Assembly (NCBI GenBank): GCA_002691145.1
Contig: NZHE01000006.1
Location: forward strand, 2,564 to 66,563
Source of the DNA: Rickettsiales bacterium
GTDB taxonomy: Bacteria > Pseudomonadota > Alphaproteobacteria > Methylaequorales > Methylaequoraceae
Length of the DNA stretch: 64,000 nucleotides
Reading direction: 5' to 3'
Notes under the pieces: model-generated
Databases searched by the model: none
What the model saw: only the letters and a program-made list of their open reading frames with translations
Told to the model about the DNA's origin: nothing
Translations under genes and position numbers: made by a program
Shown: positions 9,352 to 20,094 of the stretch, in pieces
How the letters are laid out: every line of letters begins with the position of its first letter
How positions within the stretch are numbered: the stretch's first letter is position 1

Positions 9352-10485
9352 CTAATTTTTTAAATCATCCCAGAAATCTCTTACTTTGGAAAAAAATCCC
9401 TCACTTTCAGGATTATTATTATGTTGCATTTCAGACTGAAAGTCACGAAGCAACTCTCTTTGCTTTTCTGTCAAATTTGTTGGGGTTTCAACAACCAAAG
9501 TAATAATCATATCTCCAAACGTGACTGACCTAAGTGCTGGCATCCCTTTACCTGAAAGTCTTAGCTGATCTCCACTTTGAGTGCCAGACGGTACTTTTAC
9601 CTTCGCTCGACCGCCCGATACTGTTGGAACTTCAACTGCGCCACCCAGAGACGCTTCGACCATAGATATGGGAACTTTACAATATATATTTGTTTCATCT
9701 CTTTCAAATAAAGCGTGAGGCTCAACATTCACAAATAAATACAAGTCTCCTGGCGTTGAGCCATTAGGCCCTGCAGCGCCTTCTCCGCTCAATCTTATTT
9801 GGCTTCCGTCTTCAACCCCAGTTGGTATCGAGACTTCGATCTTTCTGTTTTTTCTTACTCTCCCCTCGCCACCACATTTAGCACAAGGATCTGTTATCAC
9901 TTGCCCTGCTCCATTACATGTAGGACAAGTACGTTCAACAGTAAAAAATCCCTGCGAAGACCTTACCTTACCTGTGCCTCTACATGTTCCACAGGTACTT
10001 AGACCTTCAGAACTTTCTGAACCTGTACCATTGCAAGCGGTACAAGTTAGCAAAGTATCAAAAGTTATTTCTTTTTTTACACCTAAATAAGCATCTCTTA
10101 AGTTAATCGTAACATCAGCTCTTAGGTCTTCACCTCTCGCCTGTCTTCCAGTACCCGATCTGGAGTTTGAGCTTCCAAAAAAGTCCTCAAATATGTCTGA
10201 AAAACTACTAAATCCCTCAGAAAAATTCCCAGAAAAACCTGAACCTCCTGAACCGTTATTTTCAAAAGCGCTATGTCCGTATTGATCGTAAGCAGCTCTT
10301 TTCTCTGTGTCAGACAAAACTTCATATGCCTCAGAAATCTGTTTAAACTTACTCTCAGATTCTGAGTCTCCAGGATTTCTATCAGGGTGATGTTTCATTG
10401 CTAGTTTTCTGTAAGCGGATTTTAGCCCACCCATATCAACATCACGAGAAACTCCTAGTAATTCATAAAAGTCTTGTTTAGACAT
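9352..10485 (-). CDS. dnaJ: molecular chaperone DnaJ
   Basis: J domain with HPDRNPGD, a G/F-rich linker, and four CxxCxGxG repeats (CTACNGTG, CGTCRGTG, CPTCNGAG, CAKCGGEG). Confidence 0.97.
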   Translation of the reverse strand: MSKQDFYELLGVSRDVDMGGLKSAYRKLAMKHHPDRNPGDSESESKFKQISEAYEVLSDTEKRAAYDQYGHSAFENNGSGGSGFSGNFSEGFSSFSDIFEDFFGSSNSRSGTGRQARGEDLRADVTINLRDAYLGVKKEITFDTLLTCTACNGTGSESSEGLSTCGTCRGTGKVRSSQGFFTVERTCPTCNGAGQVITDPCAKCGGEGRVRKNRKIEVSIPTGVEDGSQIRLSGEGAAGPNGSTPGDLYLFVNVEPHALFERDETNIYCKVPISMVEASLGGAVEVPTVSGGRAKVKVPSGTQSGDQLRLSGKGMPALRSVTFGDMIITLVVETPTNLTEKQRELLRDFQSEMQHNNNPESEGFFSKVRDFWDDLKN

Positions 10486-10489
10486 TTAT

Positions 10490-12481
10490 TTATGCTGATT
10501 TACCAGCTGAATTATCTTCATCTTTTTTATCCTTTTTATCTGTAACGTCTTCGAAATCTGCATCAACAACTTTTGAGTCCTTGTTACTGGATTTAGATTT
10601 TTTTGTTTTTTTTGTCTTATCATTATCTCCAGTTTTTGTTTGAGAAGCTTTTTCTTTTTCAGCTTTCTCTTGGGCTTCTTTGTATAGGACCTCACCAAGC
10701 TTCATGGAATCTTGAACGAGTTTTTCTGTTTTTTCTTTTAAAACTTTTGCATCTGACTTTTCATCTTTGAAAGTTGTTTTTAAATCTTCTAAAGATTTTT
10801 CTATCTTAATTTTATCCTCATTTGGAATCTTTTTACCATGCTCTTTTAGATTTTTTTCTGTACTTGAAATTATAGTATCAGCATTATTTCTTGCTTCTAT
10901 TGTCTCAAGTTTCTTTTTATCAGATTCTGCATTTGCTTCTGCGTCTTTCACCATCTTTTCAATCTCTTCATCTGAAAGTCCCCCAGATGCTTTAATTTGA
11001 ATTTGGTGTTCTTTTCCAGTTGCCTTATCTTTAGCAGAAACCTTAACTATTCCATTTGCATCGATATCAAATGTTACTTCAATTTGTGGTGTTCCCCTAG
11101 ATGCAGGCGGAATGCCGACCAAATCAAACTGACCTAAGAGTTTGTTGTCTGCAGCAATTTGTCTTTCTCCTTGAAAAACTCGAATGGTTACTGCCGATTG
11201 ATTATCTTCAGCTGTTGAAAATATTTGGCTTTTATTTGTCGGTACGGTTGTATTTTTTTCAATTAATTTGGTAAAAACACCACCTAAAGTTTCAATTCCA
11301 AGTGATAAAGGAGTAACATCTAACAGTAGAACATCCTTAACATCTCCAGAAAGAACACCGCCTTGTACCGCCGCTCCTAAAGCAACGACTTCATCTGGAT
11401 TAACACTTCTATTTGGATCTCTACCAAAAAAGTTTTTTACCATCTCGATGACTTTCGGCATTCTTGTCATTCCACCTACTAAAATTACATCGTTAATCTC
11501 ACCTGCACTTAATCCAGCGTCTTTTAATGCTTGTTTACACGGTTCAATTGACCTTTCAATAAGCTTTGAAACAAGAGCCTCAAATTTTGAGCGTGAAAGC
11601 TTGATGTTTAAATGTTTAGGGCCCGATGAGTCCGCGGTTATAAAAGGTAAATTAACTTCGGTTTGAGGAGCTGTAGATAACTCAATCTTAGCTTTTTCTG
11701 CTGCCTCTTTAAGTCGTTGGAGAGCGAGTTTGTCTTTAGTTAAATCTATAGATTGTTCTTTTTTAAATTCTGAAGCAAAGTATTCAATTAAAACATTATC
11801 AAAGTCTTCACCTCCTAGTTGAGTATCGCCATTAGTAGCCTTAACCTCAAAAACTCCATCACCTATTTCTAAGATTGAAATATCAAAGGTACCACCACCT
11901 AAGTCAAATACGGCAATAGTTCCAGTTTTCTTTTTGTCTAGGCCATAAGCTAATGCTGCTGCCGTGGGCTCATTTATAATTCTTTTTACTTCAAGACCAG
12001 CAATTTTACCAGCATCTTTAGTTGCTTGTCTTTGTGCGTCATTAAAGTAAGCAGGAACAGTGATTACCGCTTCTATAACCTTAGACCCTAAATACTTTTC
12101 GGCGGTTTCTTTCATTTTTTGTAAAATCATTGCACTAATTTGACTAGGAGAAAATTTCTTATCATCGATCGCCACCCAAGCATCTTGATTTTCCCCTGGC
12201 ACAATCTTGTAAGGCAATACCTGCGAATCTTTTTGAACAGAGGGATCATCCATCTTTCTACCGATTAATCGTTTTATAGCAAATAATGTTTTTTCAGGAT
12301 TTGTTACCGATTGTCTTTTCGCTGGTTGTCCAACAAGTTTATCGTCTCCATCAGCAAAAGCCACCATAGATGGTGTTGTTCTAGTACCCTCAACATTTTC
12401 AATTACTTTTGGATTTTTACCATCCATGATAGCAACACAAGAATTTGTTGTACCAAGATCTATGCCTATAATTGCACTCAT
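10490..12481 (-). CDS. dnaK: molecular chaperone DnaK (Hsp70)
   Basis: [43 protein letters not shown] upstream of the ATG. Confidence 0.98.
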   Translation of the reverse strand: MSAIIGIDLGTTNSCVAIMDGKNPKVIENVEGTRTTPSMVAFADGDDKLVGQPAKRQSVTNPEKTLFAIKRLIGRKMDDPSVQKDSQVLPYKIVPGENQDAWVAIDDKKFSPSQISAMILQKMKETAEKYLGSKVIEAVITVPAYFNDAQRQATKDAGKIAGLEVKRIINEPTAAALAYGLDKKKTGTIAVFDLGGGTFDISILEIGDGVFEVKATNGDTQLGGEDFDNVLIEYFASEFKKEQSIDLTKDKLALQRLKEAAEKAKIELSTAPQTEVNLPFITADSSGPKHLNIKLSRSKFEALVSKLIERSIEPCKQALKDAGLSAGEINDVILVGGMTRMPKVIEMVKNFFGRDPNRSVNPDEVVALGAAVQGGVLSGDVKDVLLLDVTPLSLGIETLGGVFTKLIEKNTTVPTNKSQIFSTAEDNQSAVTIRVFQGERQIAADNKLLGQFDLVGIPPASRGTPQIEVTFDIDANGIVKVSAKDKATGKEHQIQIKASGGLSDEEIEKMVKDAEANAESDKKKLETIEARNNADTIISSTEKNLKEHGKKIPNEDKIKIEKSLEDLKTTFKDEKSDAKVLKEKTEKLVQDSMKLGEVLYKEAQEKAEKEKASQTKTGDNDKTKKTKKSKSSNKDSKVVDADFEDVTDKKDKKDEDNSAGKSA

Positions 12482-12611
12482 TATAACTCCTTTTCTTCCT
12501 TAAATTATGGACAGAGTTTTTATTTAACCCATAAGGCATTAAACAAAAACAATACTCTTTATTTACAAAAAAAAAAGAAAAAATCAAGTATAAAAAAAAA
12601 TTACTGTATCT

Positions 12612-13229
12612 TTATTCGCTACTTTCTTTATCATTTTCTATTTTTTTCTCTTTCTGTCCTGTTGATACAGTAACCATTGATGGACGTAAGAGCTTTTCAT
12701 CAATCATAAAACCAGCCTGAAGCTCCTCTACAATAAAACCCTCTTGTAGATCACTATTAACGTTTGATACTGCTTGATGGAACTCTGGATTAAATTTTTT
12801 TCCAATTGAGGAAAACTTTTTTATTCCATTTTTTTCAAATGAATCATAGAATTCTTTTTCTATAGCTTTCATTCCTATGAGTAAATTTTTTATTAACTCA
12901 TTACCTTCCTCTGCTTTCTCCGGGATGGATTGAGTGGCTCTTTGAAAATTATCGGCCACTCCGAGAAGAGAAAAAGCAAAGTTCTTAATAGAAAATTTTA
13001 AATTATCCTGAATTTCCTTTTCATGTCTTTTTCTAAGATTTTCATTATCTGCTAAAGCTCTTAAAATTTTATTTTCCAAATCTTTTAGTCTTTCTTTTAA
13101 TTCATCGTTTTCTTTTCTTATAGAGAGATTATTTTTAGAAACTTTTGGTTCGGCTTCATTATTTGTTCTAATTTTCGAATTTTCGTTGTTTTCTTTTTTC
13201 ATTTGTTCCTCTTCATTATTTTTTGTCAT
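12612..13229 (-). CDS. grpE: nucleotide exchange factor GrpE
   Basis: Coiled-coil N-terminus (LKERLKDLENKILRALADNENLRKR) and a GrpE C-terminal beta domain (FNPEFHQAV...LLRPSMVTV). Lies between hrcA and dnaK. Confidence 0.92.
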   Translation of the reverse strand: MTKNNEEEQMKKENNENSKIRTNNEAEPKVSKNNLSIRKENDELKERLKDLENKILRALADNENLRKRHEKEIQDNLKFSIKNFAFSLLGVADNFQRATQSIPEKAEEGNELIKNLLIGMKAIEKEFYDSFEKNGIKKFSSIGKKFNPEFHQAVSNVNSDLQEGFIVEELQAGFMIDEKLLRPSMVTVSTGQKEKKIENDKESSE

Positions 13230-13247
13230 ATTAATACCCTTTAATTG

Positions 13248-14333
13248 TTAAAATGTAATTTTTTGTCCTAAAAGTTTTGCCGTGTAATCAACTACTGGAA
13301 TTATTTTAGCATAATTTATTCGCATTGGACCCACGACGCCAATAGCTCCTATAATTTCTTTATCTTTATTTTTGAAAGGACTTATTATTGTTGAACAGCC
13401 GGTCATTGCAAATAAACTGTTATCGGAACCGATGAAGATTTGAAGTCCGTCTGCCTCTTGGGTTTCTTGAATAATTCCGATAAGGTTTTGCTTGTCTTCA
13501 AGTCTTTCAATAAGCAGTCTAATATTTTCCAGCTCCTCTATTGCCTTAACATCCTCTAATAGTTTAGAGGTTCCGGTAATTATTAGTTTATTCTTTTTGT
13601 TTGCGTCTGCCCAACAAGCAAGACCTTGATCTATTAATTTTTTTGAAACTTCATCTAAATCTTTTCTATCGTTTTTTATTTCTTCTTTGATAATGTATTG
13701 ACTTTCAAGGAGTGATCTACCTTTAAGCCTTGAATTTAAGTAATTACTGATTTCAACAAGTGTATTAGAAGGCAAACCTTTGGGTAATTTTATTAAACGA
13801 TTTTCAACCAGCCCTTTGTCTGAAACCATTACAACAAGAGCCTGTTCCTTACTTATAGGAACGAATTCAATGTGTTTCATGCCTCCGTCTAATTTTGGTG
13901 CAACAACAATACCAGCACAGTCAGATAAACCAGAGAGTAAATGTGTGGCATCATCATAAATTTCTTCCGCACTTCTTGTTTTAGAAGTAATTTTCTTTTT
14001 AATATCTGAACATTCCACCTGACTTAAACGTCCAACTTGAAGTAGTCCATCAACAAAGAATTGCATTCCTAAATCAGTTGGAAATCTTCCTGCAGAGGAA
14101 TGTGTAGATGTTAGAAGCCCAGCTTCCTGCAAGTCACACATTACGTTTCTAACAGAAGCAGGTGAAAGTTTATCTTCAAGTTTGTTAGATAATTTTCTTG
14201 ATCCAACTGGACCACCTGTGTTCATATAGTCTTCTACAATAAGACTAAAAATTTTCTTTGATCTTTTATCTAGTTCAATAATTTGAGAACTAGGTTCGTT
14301 GTTTTTCTTTTTTTTTATTACATTAATAACCAT
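13248..14333 (-). CDS. hrcA: heat-inducible transcription repressor HrcA
   Basis: N-terminal winged helix (GGPVGSRKLS...SPASVRNVMCDLQEAGLL). Divergent from rph as in other alphaproteobacteria. I prefer the ATG at 14333 over the 14402 ORF start. Confidence 0.9.
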   Translation of the reverse strand: MVINVIKKKKNNEPSSQIIELDKRSKKIFSLIVEDYMNTGGPVGSRKLSNKLEDKLSPASVRNVMCDLQEAGLLTSTHSSAGRFPTDLGMQFFVDGLLQVGRLSQVECSDIKKKITSKTRSAEEIYDDATHLLSGLSDCAGIVVAPKLDGGMKHIEFVPISKEQALVVMVSDKGLVENRLIKLPKGLPSNTLVEISNYLNSRLKGRSLLESQYIIKEEIKNDRKDLDEVSKKLIDQGLACWADANKKNKLIITGTSKLLEDVKAIEELENIRLLIERLEDKQNLIGIIQETQEADGLQIFIGSDNSLFAMTGCSTIISPFKNKDKEIIGAIGVVGPMRINYAKIIPVVDYTAKLLGQKITF

Positions 14334-14388
14334 TATTATATAATTTATCTTAATTAATGAAAAACTAAATGTTATTAATATTTGATAT

Positions 14389-15102
14389 ATGAGAAATTTC
14401 AACAGAAAAAATGATGAACTCAGAAAAATATCAATTCAAACAAATGTTAATAAATTTTCTGAAGGTTCGTGTAAAATAGAATTTGGAGACACCCATGTAA
14501 TCTGTAATGCAACTATCGAAACGTCTTTACCAAAATGGCTCAAAGGTTCTTCGAAAGGATGGGTAACTGCAGAATATAATATGTTACCCAGAGCAACTTC
14601 CACAAGGACTCAACGAGAAGCTAAAATTGGTAAACAAACGGGAAGAACAATGGAAATCCAAAGATTAATTGGAAGATCGCTACGCTCGACACTTGATTTA
14701 AGAATATTAAGGGGATATCAATTAACCATAGACTGTGATGTAATTCAGGCCGACGGAGGTACAAGAACCACCTCAATTACAGGAGCATTCATTGCATTAA
14801 ATAACGCTTTAAAAGCAATGCTTGATAATAAAGATATAAGTTCCAATCCAATCAAAGATAGTATATGCGCAATATCTTGCGGTGTAATAGAAAATGAAGT
14901 CCTCCTAGATTTAGATTACAAAGAAGATTCTTTAGCAAAGGTAGATGCAAATTTTGTATTCGCAAAAAACTCTGGTCTTGTTGAAATTCAAGCTTCCGGA
15001 GAAGAGCACACTTTCACCAAGATTCAGTTTGATGAGATGTACAATCTCGCACTGCAGGGAGCTAACAAAATTTTTGATGAGCAAAAAGTTTTTTTAAAAT
15101 GA
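14389..15102 (+). CDS. rph: ribonuclease PH
   Basis: GRTMEIQRLIGRSLR and DCDVIQADGGTRT motifs. 237 aa. Confidence 0.95.
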   Translation: MRNFNRKNDELRKISIQTNVNKFSEGSCKIEFGDTHVICNATIETSLPKWLKGSSKGWVTAEYNMLPRATSTRTQREAKIGKQTGRTMEIQRLIGRSLRSTLDLRILRGYQLTIDCDVIQADGGTRTTSITGAFIALNNALKAMLDNKDISSNPIKDSICAISCGVIENEVLLDLDYKEDSLAKVDANFVFAKNSGLVEIQASGEEHTFTKIQFDEMYNLALQGANKIFDEQKVFLK

Positions 15103-15692
15103 AACTCAAGAAACATGACACTGTAGTAGTTGCAACACACAACAATGGGAAAAAACTTGAATTTGAATCGCTTTTCTCTGAATACAAAATAAATATTATT
15201 ACCTCTGAGGAAATCAATATATCTGAACCAATAGAATATGGTAAAAACTTCGAAGAAAATGCAATTATTAAGGCCAAGAGTTGTCTGCCTTCAAAACATA
15301 TTGTTATAAGTGATGACTCAGGTCTTTGTGTTAAATCATTAAATGGAGATCCAGGAATCTATTCTGCAAGATGGGCAAAATTACATGGAGGATGGCTTGA
15401 AGCGATGAAGGAGATCAAAAAAAGAATGGATAATTTAAAAAGTAAAGACTTTTCAGCATATTTTCATTGTACTCTATGCGTTGGGTGGACAAATGGTGAT
15501 TTTAGCTTATTCAATGGGAGAGTTGATGGTCATGTTACTTGGCCACCAAGAGGACTAGAGGGATTTGGATATGACCCAATTTTTATTCCTGATGGTGAAA
15601 AAATTACTTTTGGAGAAATGAATAAAAAAGAAAAAATGTCTAAAGATCATAGATTCAAAGCTTTTAGGAAACTAATTATTAATCATTTTTAA
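15099..15692 (+). CDS. rdgB: dITP/XTP pyrophosphatase (RdgB/Ham1 family)
   Basis: VVATHNNGKKLEF, GFGYDPIFIP, SKDHRFKAFRKL. ATGA overlap with rph. Confidence 0.92.
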   Translation: MKLKKHDTVVVATHNNGKKLEFESLFSEYKINIITSEEINISEPIEYGKNFEENAIIKAKSCLPSKHIVISDDSGLCVKSLNGDPGIYSARWAKLHGGWLEAMKEIKKRMDNLKSKDFSAYFHCTLCVGWTNGDFSLFNGRVDGHVTWPPRGLEGFGYDPIFIPDGEKITFGEMNKKEKMSKDHRFKAFRKLIINHF

Positions 15693-15695
15693 TTT

Positions 15696-17090
15696 TTAAA
15701 AAGGGCATTTACTTACAATTTTTGAAGTTCCATACTTAAACTCTTTCAAAAAGATTTCTCTTTTAAATAATCCTTCATTAGTTAACATAATATTCGAGTA
15801 ATCTGCTATAAATGGGCTCTCTTTTAGTTTTTTTATTTTCTTATTATCATAAATTATGTCTGTAACGATTCCTACAAGGTCGTCTGCAAGAAATTTTAAT
15901 CTTGAAAACTCAGTATATCTAATCCTCGAATATGCGTCAGATGCAATTTTTGAATTCTCTTTCAAACTTGTTACAAAATATGTGTTTTCTAAAACATCCT
16001 CATCAAATTTTTCTAACCCTTGCCAAATACTTGTTCCATAAATTTTAGTATTTGATGAATTAATATCATAAAAGGACAAGAGAGATAAAATCTCAATTAA
16101 TCTATTACCACTCTCTCCAACAACTAAATAATCGTATGGCAACTCGCCGAACGTATTTAATTTAGACAACTTTTTTAAAACAATATCCTTTTCTTCCAAT
16201 TCTTCGTTTTCAACTCTAGACATTTCATTTTCTAAAAGTTTTCTTCTCTTATTATAAAAACTAAATTCCTTAATTTTTAAATCAATGTCTTCATTAAATA
16301 ACTCCAAAAATTCTAACTTTACATTTGGAAAAGAGCTTAAAAATTGAATCGTAGTTTCTTTAATTAACTTACCATATTGACTGTCACTAATTATAATTCC
16401 AATACTACTATTTTTATCTAATTGCATATTATCAAAAAGGCATCTTAACTCATCTTCAATACTATATCCTGTTATTATGATATTTTCCGACACAGCGTTT
16501 TTATCATTTGATAAACTAAAAATTTTAACATTCTTGGATTCAGTTATGTTCTTTAAGGCAATAGCCTCGCTTGAGAAGATTGGACCAATGAAATGTCTTA
16601 CTCCATCATAATAACCATTATTGAAAGCATTAATAAGTCCTGTCTTTGAACTTTTGGTGTCATAAACTTTAAAAGTGTGATTTATGTTATCTTTGCTTAT
16701 TTTCATTCTTATCGTATTGACCAAAGACGTTCCAATTTTTGAATCCGCGCCAGTTAAAGGAAATAGTAAACCAATGTTTTCTTTTTTTGAAAAATTTTCA
16801 AGATCTTCAACTTTTATTTTTGGTTGAACTAAAGCTAGTTCTTCGTTTTGTTTTTCTTCAAGAACATTTTTTTTTTTTAAATTTTCAGTCAATTTTTCTT
16901 GTTGTATCGAAGAATTTTTTTCTAACACATCTTTTGTTTCATTATTTTGATTTTTTTTGGTTTCTTTAGCAGAATTGTCTTTTGTTACTTCAAACTTTTC
17001 CATTATCTCATTAATAGATTGATTTATCTGACAATTTGAAATAATTAAAACGAGAATGACATTGAATAGAGTTTTTAGAAGTGTTTTCAT
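15696..17090 (-). CDS. LpoA/LppC-like lipoprotein with periplasmic-binding-protein type 1 fold
   Basis: Lipobox IISNC. The C-terminal region (GLLFPLTGADSKIGTSLVNTI...) resembles the Leu/Ile/Val-binding fold of PBP activator LpoA. Divergent from a BON-domain gene, as in the E. coli yraM-yraP region. Confidence 0.6.
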   Translation of the reverse strand: MKTLLKTLFNVILVLIISNCQINQSINEIMEKFEVTKDNSAKETKKNQNNETKDVLEKNSSIQQEKLTENLKKKNVLEEKQNEELALVQPKIKVEDLENFSKKENIGLLFPLTGADSKIGTSLVNTIRMKISKDNINHTFKVYDTKSSKTGLINAFNNGYYDGVRHFIGPIFSSEAIALKNITESKNVKIFSLSNDKNAVSENIIITGYSIEDELRCLFDNMQLDKNSSIGIIISDSQYGKLIKETTIQFLSSFPNVKLEFLELFNEDIDLKIKEFSFYNKRRKLLENEMSRVENEELEEKDIVLKKLSKLNTFGELPYDYLVVGESGNRLIEILSLLSFYDINSSNTKIYGTSIWQGLEKFDEDVLENTYFVTSLKENSKIASDAYSRIRYTEFSRLKFLADDLVGIVTDIIYDNKKIKKLKESPFIADYSNIMLTNEGLFKREIFLKEFKYGTSKIVSKCPF

Positions 17091-17123
17091 ATTTAATAGG
17101 TAATTATTTATTTAATATAAAAA

Positions 17124-17711
17124 ATGAATGTTCAGAATAAAAGCTTTTTTTTAGTTGTATTTTTAATAATTAACTCCTGCGTAGGTTCATCTGTAACATC
17201 AATTTTCGGAAATGCTGCAATAACTGAAGGGGGTGTTAAAAGCTTTGTTAAAGATACATACATACATGCAAAAATAAATTCTAAACTCCTGAAGATGGAT
17301 CTTTCCAATTTTAAAGATATTAATGTAAGTGTTTTCGAAGGAAGAGTACTACTAACTGGTAGAATTAAGAATGAAAAGAAACGACTTTATTTAATTAAAA
17401 ATATATGGCGGATTAACGGGGTTAATAAAATTTATAATGAGATTAAGCTTGACGCGAGCTATTCGATTGCGGAAAAAACCCAGGATGTTTTATTAAAGGC
17501 TAAACTGAATACTTTATTACTTTTTAATCCAGAAATAAATAGTAACAATTATTCTATTGAGGTTTTCAAAATGGTAGTTTATGTATTAGGTATTGCTACA
17601 AAAATTGATGAATCCATTATTCTAGAAAATGCTATTAATAAAACTGCAAATGTAAAAAAAACAATCACATTTATCAGATACATAAAAGAAAGAATGGAAC
17701 GTAAAGAATGA
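17124..17711 (+). CDS. BON-domain lipoprotein (DolP/YraP/OsmY-like)
   Basis: Lipobox IINSC. Two BON-like repeats (INVSVFEGRVLLTGRI, YSIEVFKMVVYVLG). Confidence 0.7.
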   Translation: MNVQNKSFFLVVFLIINSCVGSSVTSIFGNAAITEGGVKSFVKDTYIHAKINSKLLKMDLSNFKDINVSVFEGRVLLTGRIKNEKKRLYLIKNIWRINGVNKIYNEIKLDASYSIAEKTQDVLLKAKLNTLLLFNPEINSNNYSIEVFKMVVYVLGIATKIDESIILENAINKTANVKKTITFIRYIKERMERKE

Positions 17712-18673
17712 ATAAATCCAAAATCTCTATCTTAGTTCAAATGGACAAGATAAATAATGTAAATCCTAAAACTGATTCGACATATCAAATTGTAAAAGAG
17801 GCACTGATTCGAAAAAATATTGTTATGTTTAACTCGCCGAGTGATATTTTTATTAAAAATAACAATTCAAAAGTGATCGCTCAACGACTCTTTCTAGATA
17901 AAAGTAAAAACATTAAAATTCAACGTAATTCAAGAAAAATTTTGTTTATTTACGATTTTGATGTTGTACTCATAAGACAAGATCCCCCATTTAATATGGA
18001 CTATATTACAAATACCTACTTGATAGACATCCAAAATAATAGTCTGAAAAAAAAACCTTTTTTCATTAATTCCCCGGTTTCAATAAGGAATTTTAGTGAA
18101 AAAATTTTTCCCTTAACATTTCCTGAACTTGTGCCAAAAACACTAATCACATCAAATCAGAAAGAAATGCTTAATTTCTTATCAAAATTTAAAAAGATTG
18201 TTATCAAACCCTTATATGATAAAGGGGGCAATGGAATTTTTATTCTAGAAAAAAACGACACTAATGTCTCCAAGATATTAAAACACTCTAGTAATAATTT
18301 TTCAAGCTGTATAATACTTCAAAAGTATCTGACAAACATAAAAAAAGGTGACAAAAGGATATTATTAATTAATGGAGTGCCTGTTGGAGCAGTAAATAGA
18401 CTACCCCCTCAGGGAAAATTTAGAGCAAATTTAAATCTTGGAGGAAAAGCTGAAAAAACTGTTCTAACAACAATGGAAAAAAATATTTGCAAAAGAATTC
18501 AACCATATCTTCGTAAGAACAACTTTTTTTTTGTAGGAATAGATGTAATTGATGAAAAATTAACCGAAATTAACGTAACCAGTCCTACTGGAATTTGCCA
18601 AATTAATAAATTGAATAATGTAAAATTAGAGGAAAAATTCTGGAATGAGGTTAGAAAAAAACTTAGAAAATAA
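17708..18673 (+). CDS. gshB: glutathione synthetase (prokaryotic ATP-grasp type)
   Basis: The N-terminus ISILVQMDKINNVNPKTDSTYQIVKEA parallels the E. coli GshB N-terminus. ATP-grasp C-terminal half. 321 aa. Confidence 0.85.
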   Translation: MNKSKISILVQMDKINNVNPKTDSTYQIVKEALIRKNIVMFNSPSDIFIKNNNSKVIAQRLFLDKSKNIKIQRNSRKILFIYDFDVVLIRQDPPFNMDYITNTYLIDIQNNSLKKKPFFINSPVSIRNFSEKIFPLTFPELVPKTLITSNQKEMLNFLSKFKKIVIKPLYDKGGNGIFILEKNDTNVSKILKHSSNNFSSCIILQKYLTNIKKGDKRILLINGVPVGAVNRLPPQGKFRANLNLGGKAEKTVLTTMEKNICKRIQPYLRKNNFFFVGIDVIDEKLTEINVTSPTGICQINKLNNVKLEEKFWNEVRKKLRK

Positions 18674-19028
18674 GTCTTCCAAGCGGCTTTCCAGCTAAAA
18701 TATGTAAGTGTACGTGCGGAACTTCCTGACCTGCATCGTTTCCAGTGTTACAAATCAGTCTATAACCATTGTCTAAGGATAAAATCTGAGCAATCGAACT
18801 TACACTTCTGACTAGAGAAACTATAGATGAATCATCCGCTTGCTTTGAAAAATCATCAAAACTACAAAAATTTTTTTTTGGGATTACAATTACATGAATT
18901 GGTGCCTGAGGATTTATATCGTGAAAGGCTAGGACATCTTCATCTTCAAAAACTTTTTTGCACGGCAATTCATTTCTCAAAATTTTATTAAATATGTTAT
19001 TATTGTTGTAATTTTGAATATTAATCAT
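18663..19028 (-). CDS. HIT-family (histidine triad) nucleotide hydrolase
   Basis: Histidine triad HVHLHIL. The ATG at 19028 forms an ATGA overlap with the hisE stop, and the ORF extends to 19058. Confidence 0.88.
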   Translation of the reverse strand: MINIQNYNNNNIFNKILRNELPCKKVFEDEDVLAFHDINPQAPIHVIVIPKKNFCSFDDFSKQADDSSIVSLVRSVSSIAQILSLDNGYRLICNTGNDAGQEVPHVHLHILAGKPLGRLIF

Positions 19029-19318
19029 TCTTTCATCCTTTTTTTTATGGCTATGCACACATCATCCATATTTAATCCAGAAAATTCTAATAATACTAAT
19101 AAATGATAAATCAAATCTGCGCTTTCCTCAACAATTTCTCTGTCAGTTTCTGCTAAAAAAGCCGAAATTAGTTCTGTTGCTTCCTCCCCAACCTTATTCG
19201 CTATTTTTACTTTTCCTTTAGTAAACAATTTAGCTGTGTAGGAACTGTCGGCGGACAAATCTTTATGTGCCTTTATAATTTTAGCCAGCTCTTCTAAGTA
19301 TTTTAAATTTTTCTGCAT
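19025..19318 (-). CDS. hisE: phosphoribosyl-ATP pyrophosphatase
   Basis: 97 aa, SYTAKLF...KVGEEATELISA...ESADLIYHLLVLL. Follows hisF. Confidence 0.9.
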   Translation of the reverse strand: MQKNLKYLEELAKIIKAHKDLSADSSYTAKLFTKGKVKIANKVGEEATELISAFLAETDREIVEESADLIYHLLVLLEFSGLNMDDVCIAIKKRMKE

Positions 19319-19326
19319 CTAATTCT

Positions 19327-20094
19327 TTATAAGTTATCCATTCTTACTGGTATTCCAAAAGAACTCAAATATTTTTTTACTTCTTTAATGGTGAATGTGC
19401 CAAAATGAAAAATTGAAGCAGCTAATAAAGCGGAAGCATGTCCTTTTAATACGCCATCTTTAAAGTGTATTAATTCGCCTACACCTCCGGACGCAATTAC
19501 TGGAATTTTTACTTTTTTTGAAATTATTTTTAAAAGTTCCAGATCAAATCCTGATTTGGTACCATCTCTATCCATTGACGTTAATAATATCTCACCAGCA
19601 CCCTTTGATTCTGCAACTTCGCACCACTTAACTACATCTAGACCAGTATTTTTTCTTCCTCCGTGAGTATAGACATCCCAATGTCCAGAGCTATTTTTTT
19701 TTGCGTCTACAGCAACCACAATGCATTGTTTACCCAAATATTTTGCACCTTCTGATATTAAATTAGGATTTAGTACTGCAGAACTGTTTATTGAAACTTT
19801 GTCTGCTCCAAGAGACAAAAACTTTTTCATATCTTCTAAAGAACGAATTCCTCCACCAACAGTCAAAGGAATAAAACAAACTGATGCCGTCTTTTCTATT
19901 ACATCATACATGGCTTCTCTTCCGTCTGAAGAGGCTGTAATATCTAAGAATGTCACCTCATCTGCTCCTTTTTTACTATAAAACTCTGCTTGTTTTACTG
20001 GATCACCAGCATCAATTAAATCTACGAAATTGACCCCCTTCACCACTCTTCCGTTATTAACGTCTAAACAAGGTATAATTCTTATCTTAAGCAT
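19327..20094 (-). CDS. hisF: imidazole glycerol phosphate synthase cyclase subunit
   Basis: [43 protein letters not shown]. Confidence 0.97.
   Translation of the reverse strand: MLKIRIIPCLDVNNGRVVKGVNFVDLIDAGDPVKQAEFYSKKGADEVTFLDITASSDGREAMYDVIEKTASVCFIPLTVGGGIRSLEDMKKFLSLGADKVSINSSAVLNPNLISEGAKYLGKQCIVVAVDAKKNSSGHWDVYTHGGRKNTGLDVVKWCEVAESKGAGEILLTSMDRDGTKSGFDLELLKIISKKVKIPVIASGGVGELIHFKDGVLKGHASALLAASIFHFGTFTIKEVKKYLSSFGIPVRMDNL

Noticed and set aside
14334-14402. Upstream extension of the hrcA ORF (MKFLIYQILITFSFSLIKINYII), which would overlap the rph start.
   Set aside because: It is a hydrophobic, non-conserved extension. The ATG at 14333 gives a normal HrcA N-terminus and leaves a divergent promoter spacer.
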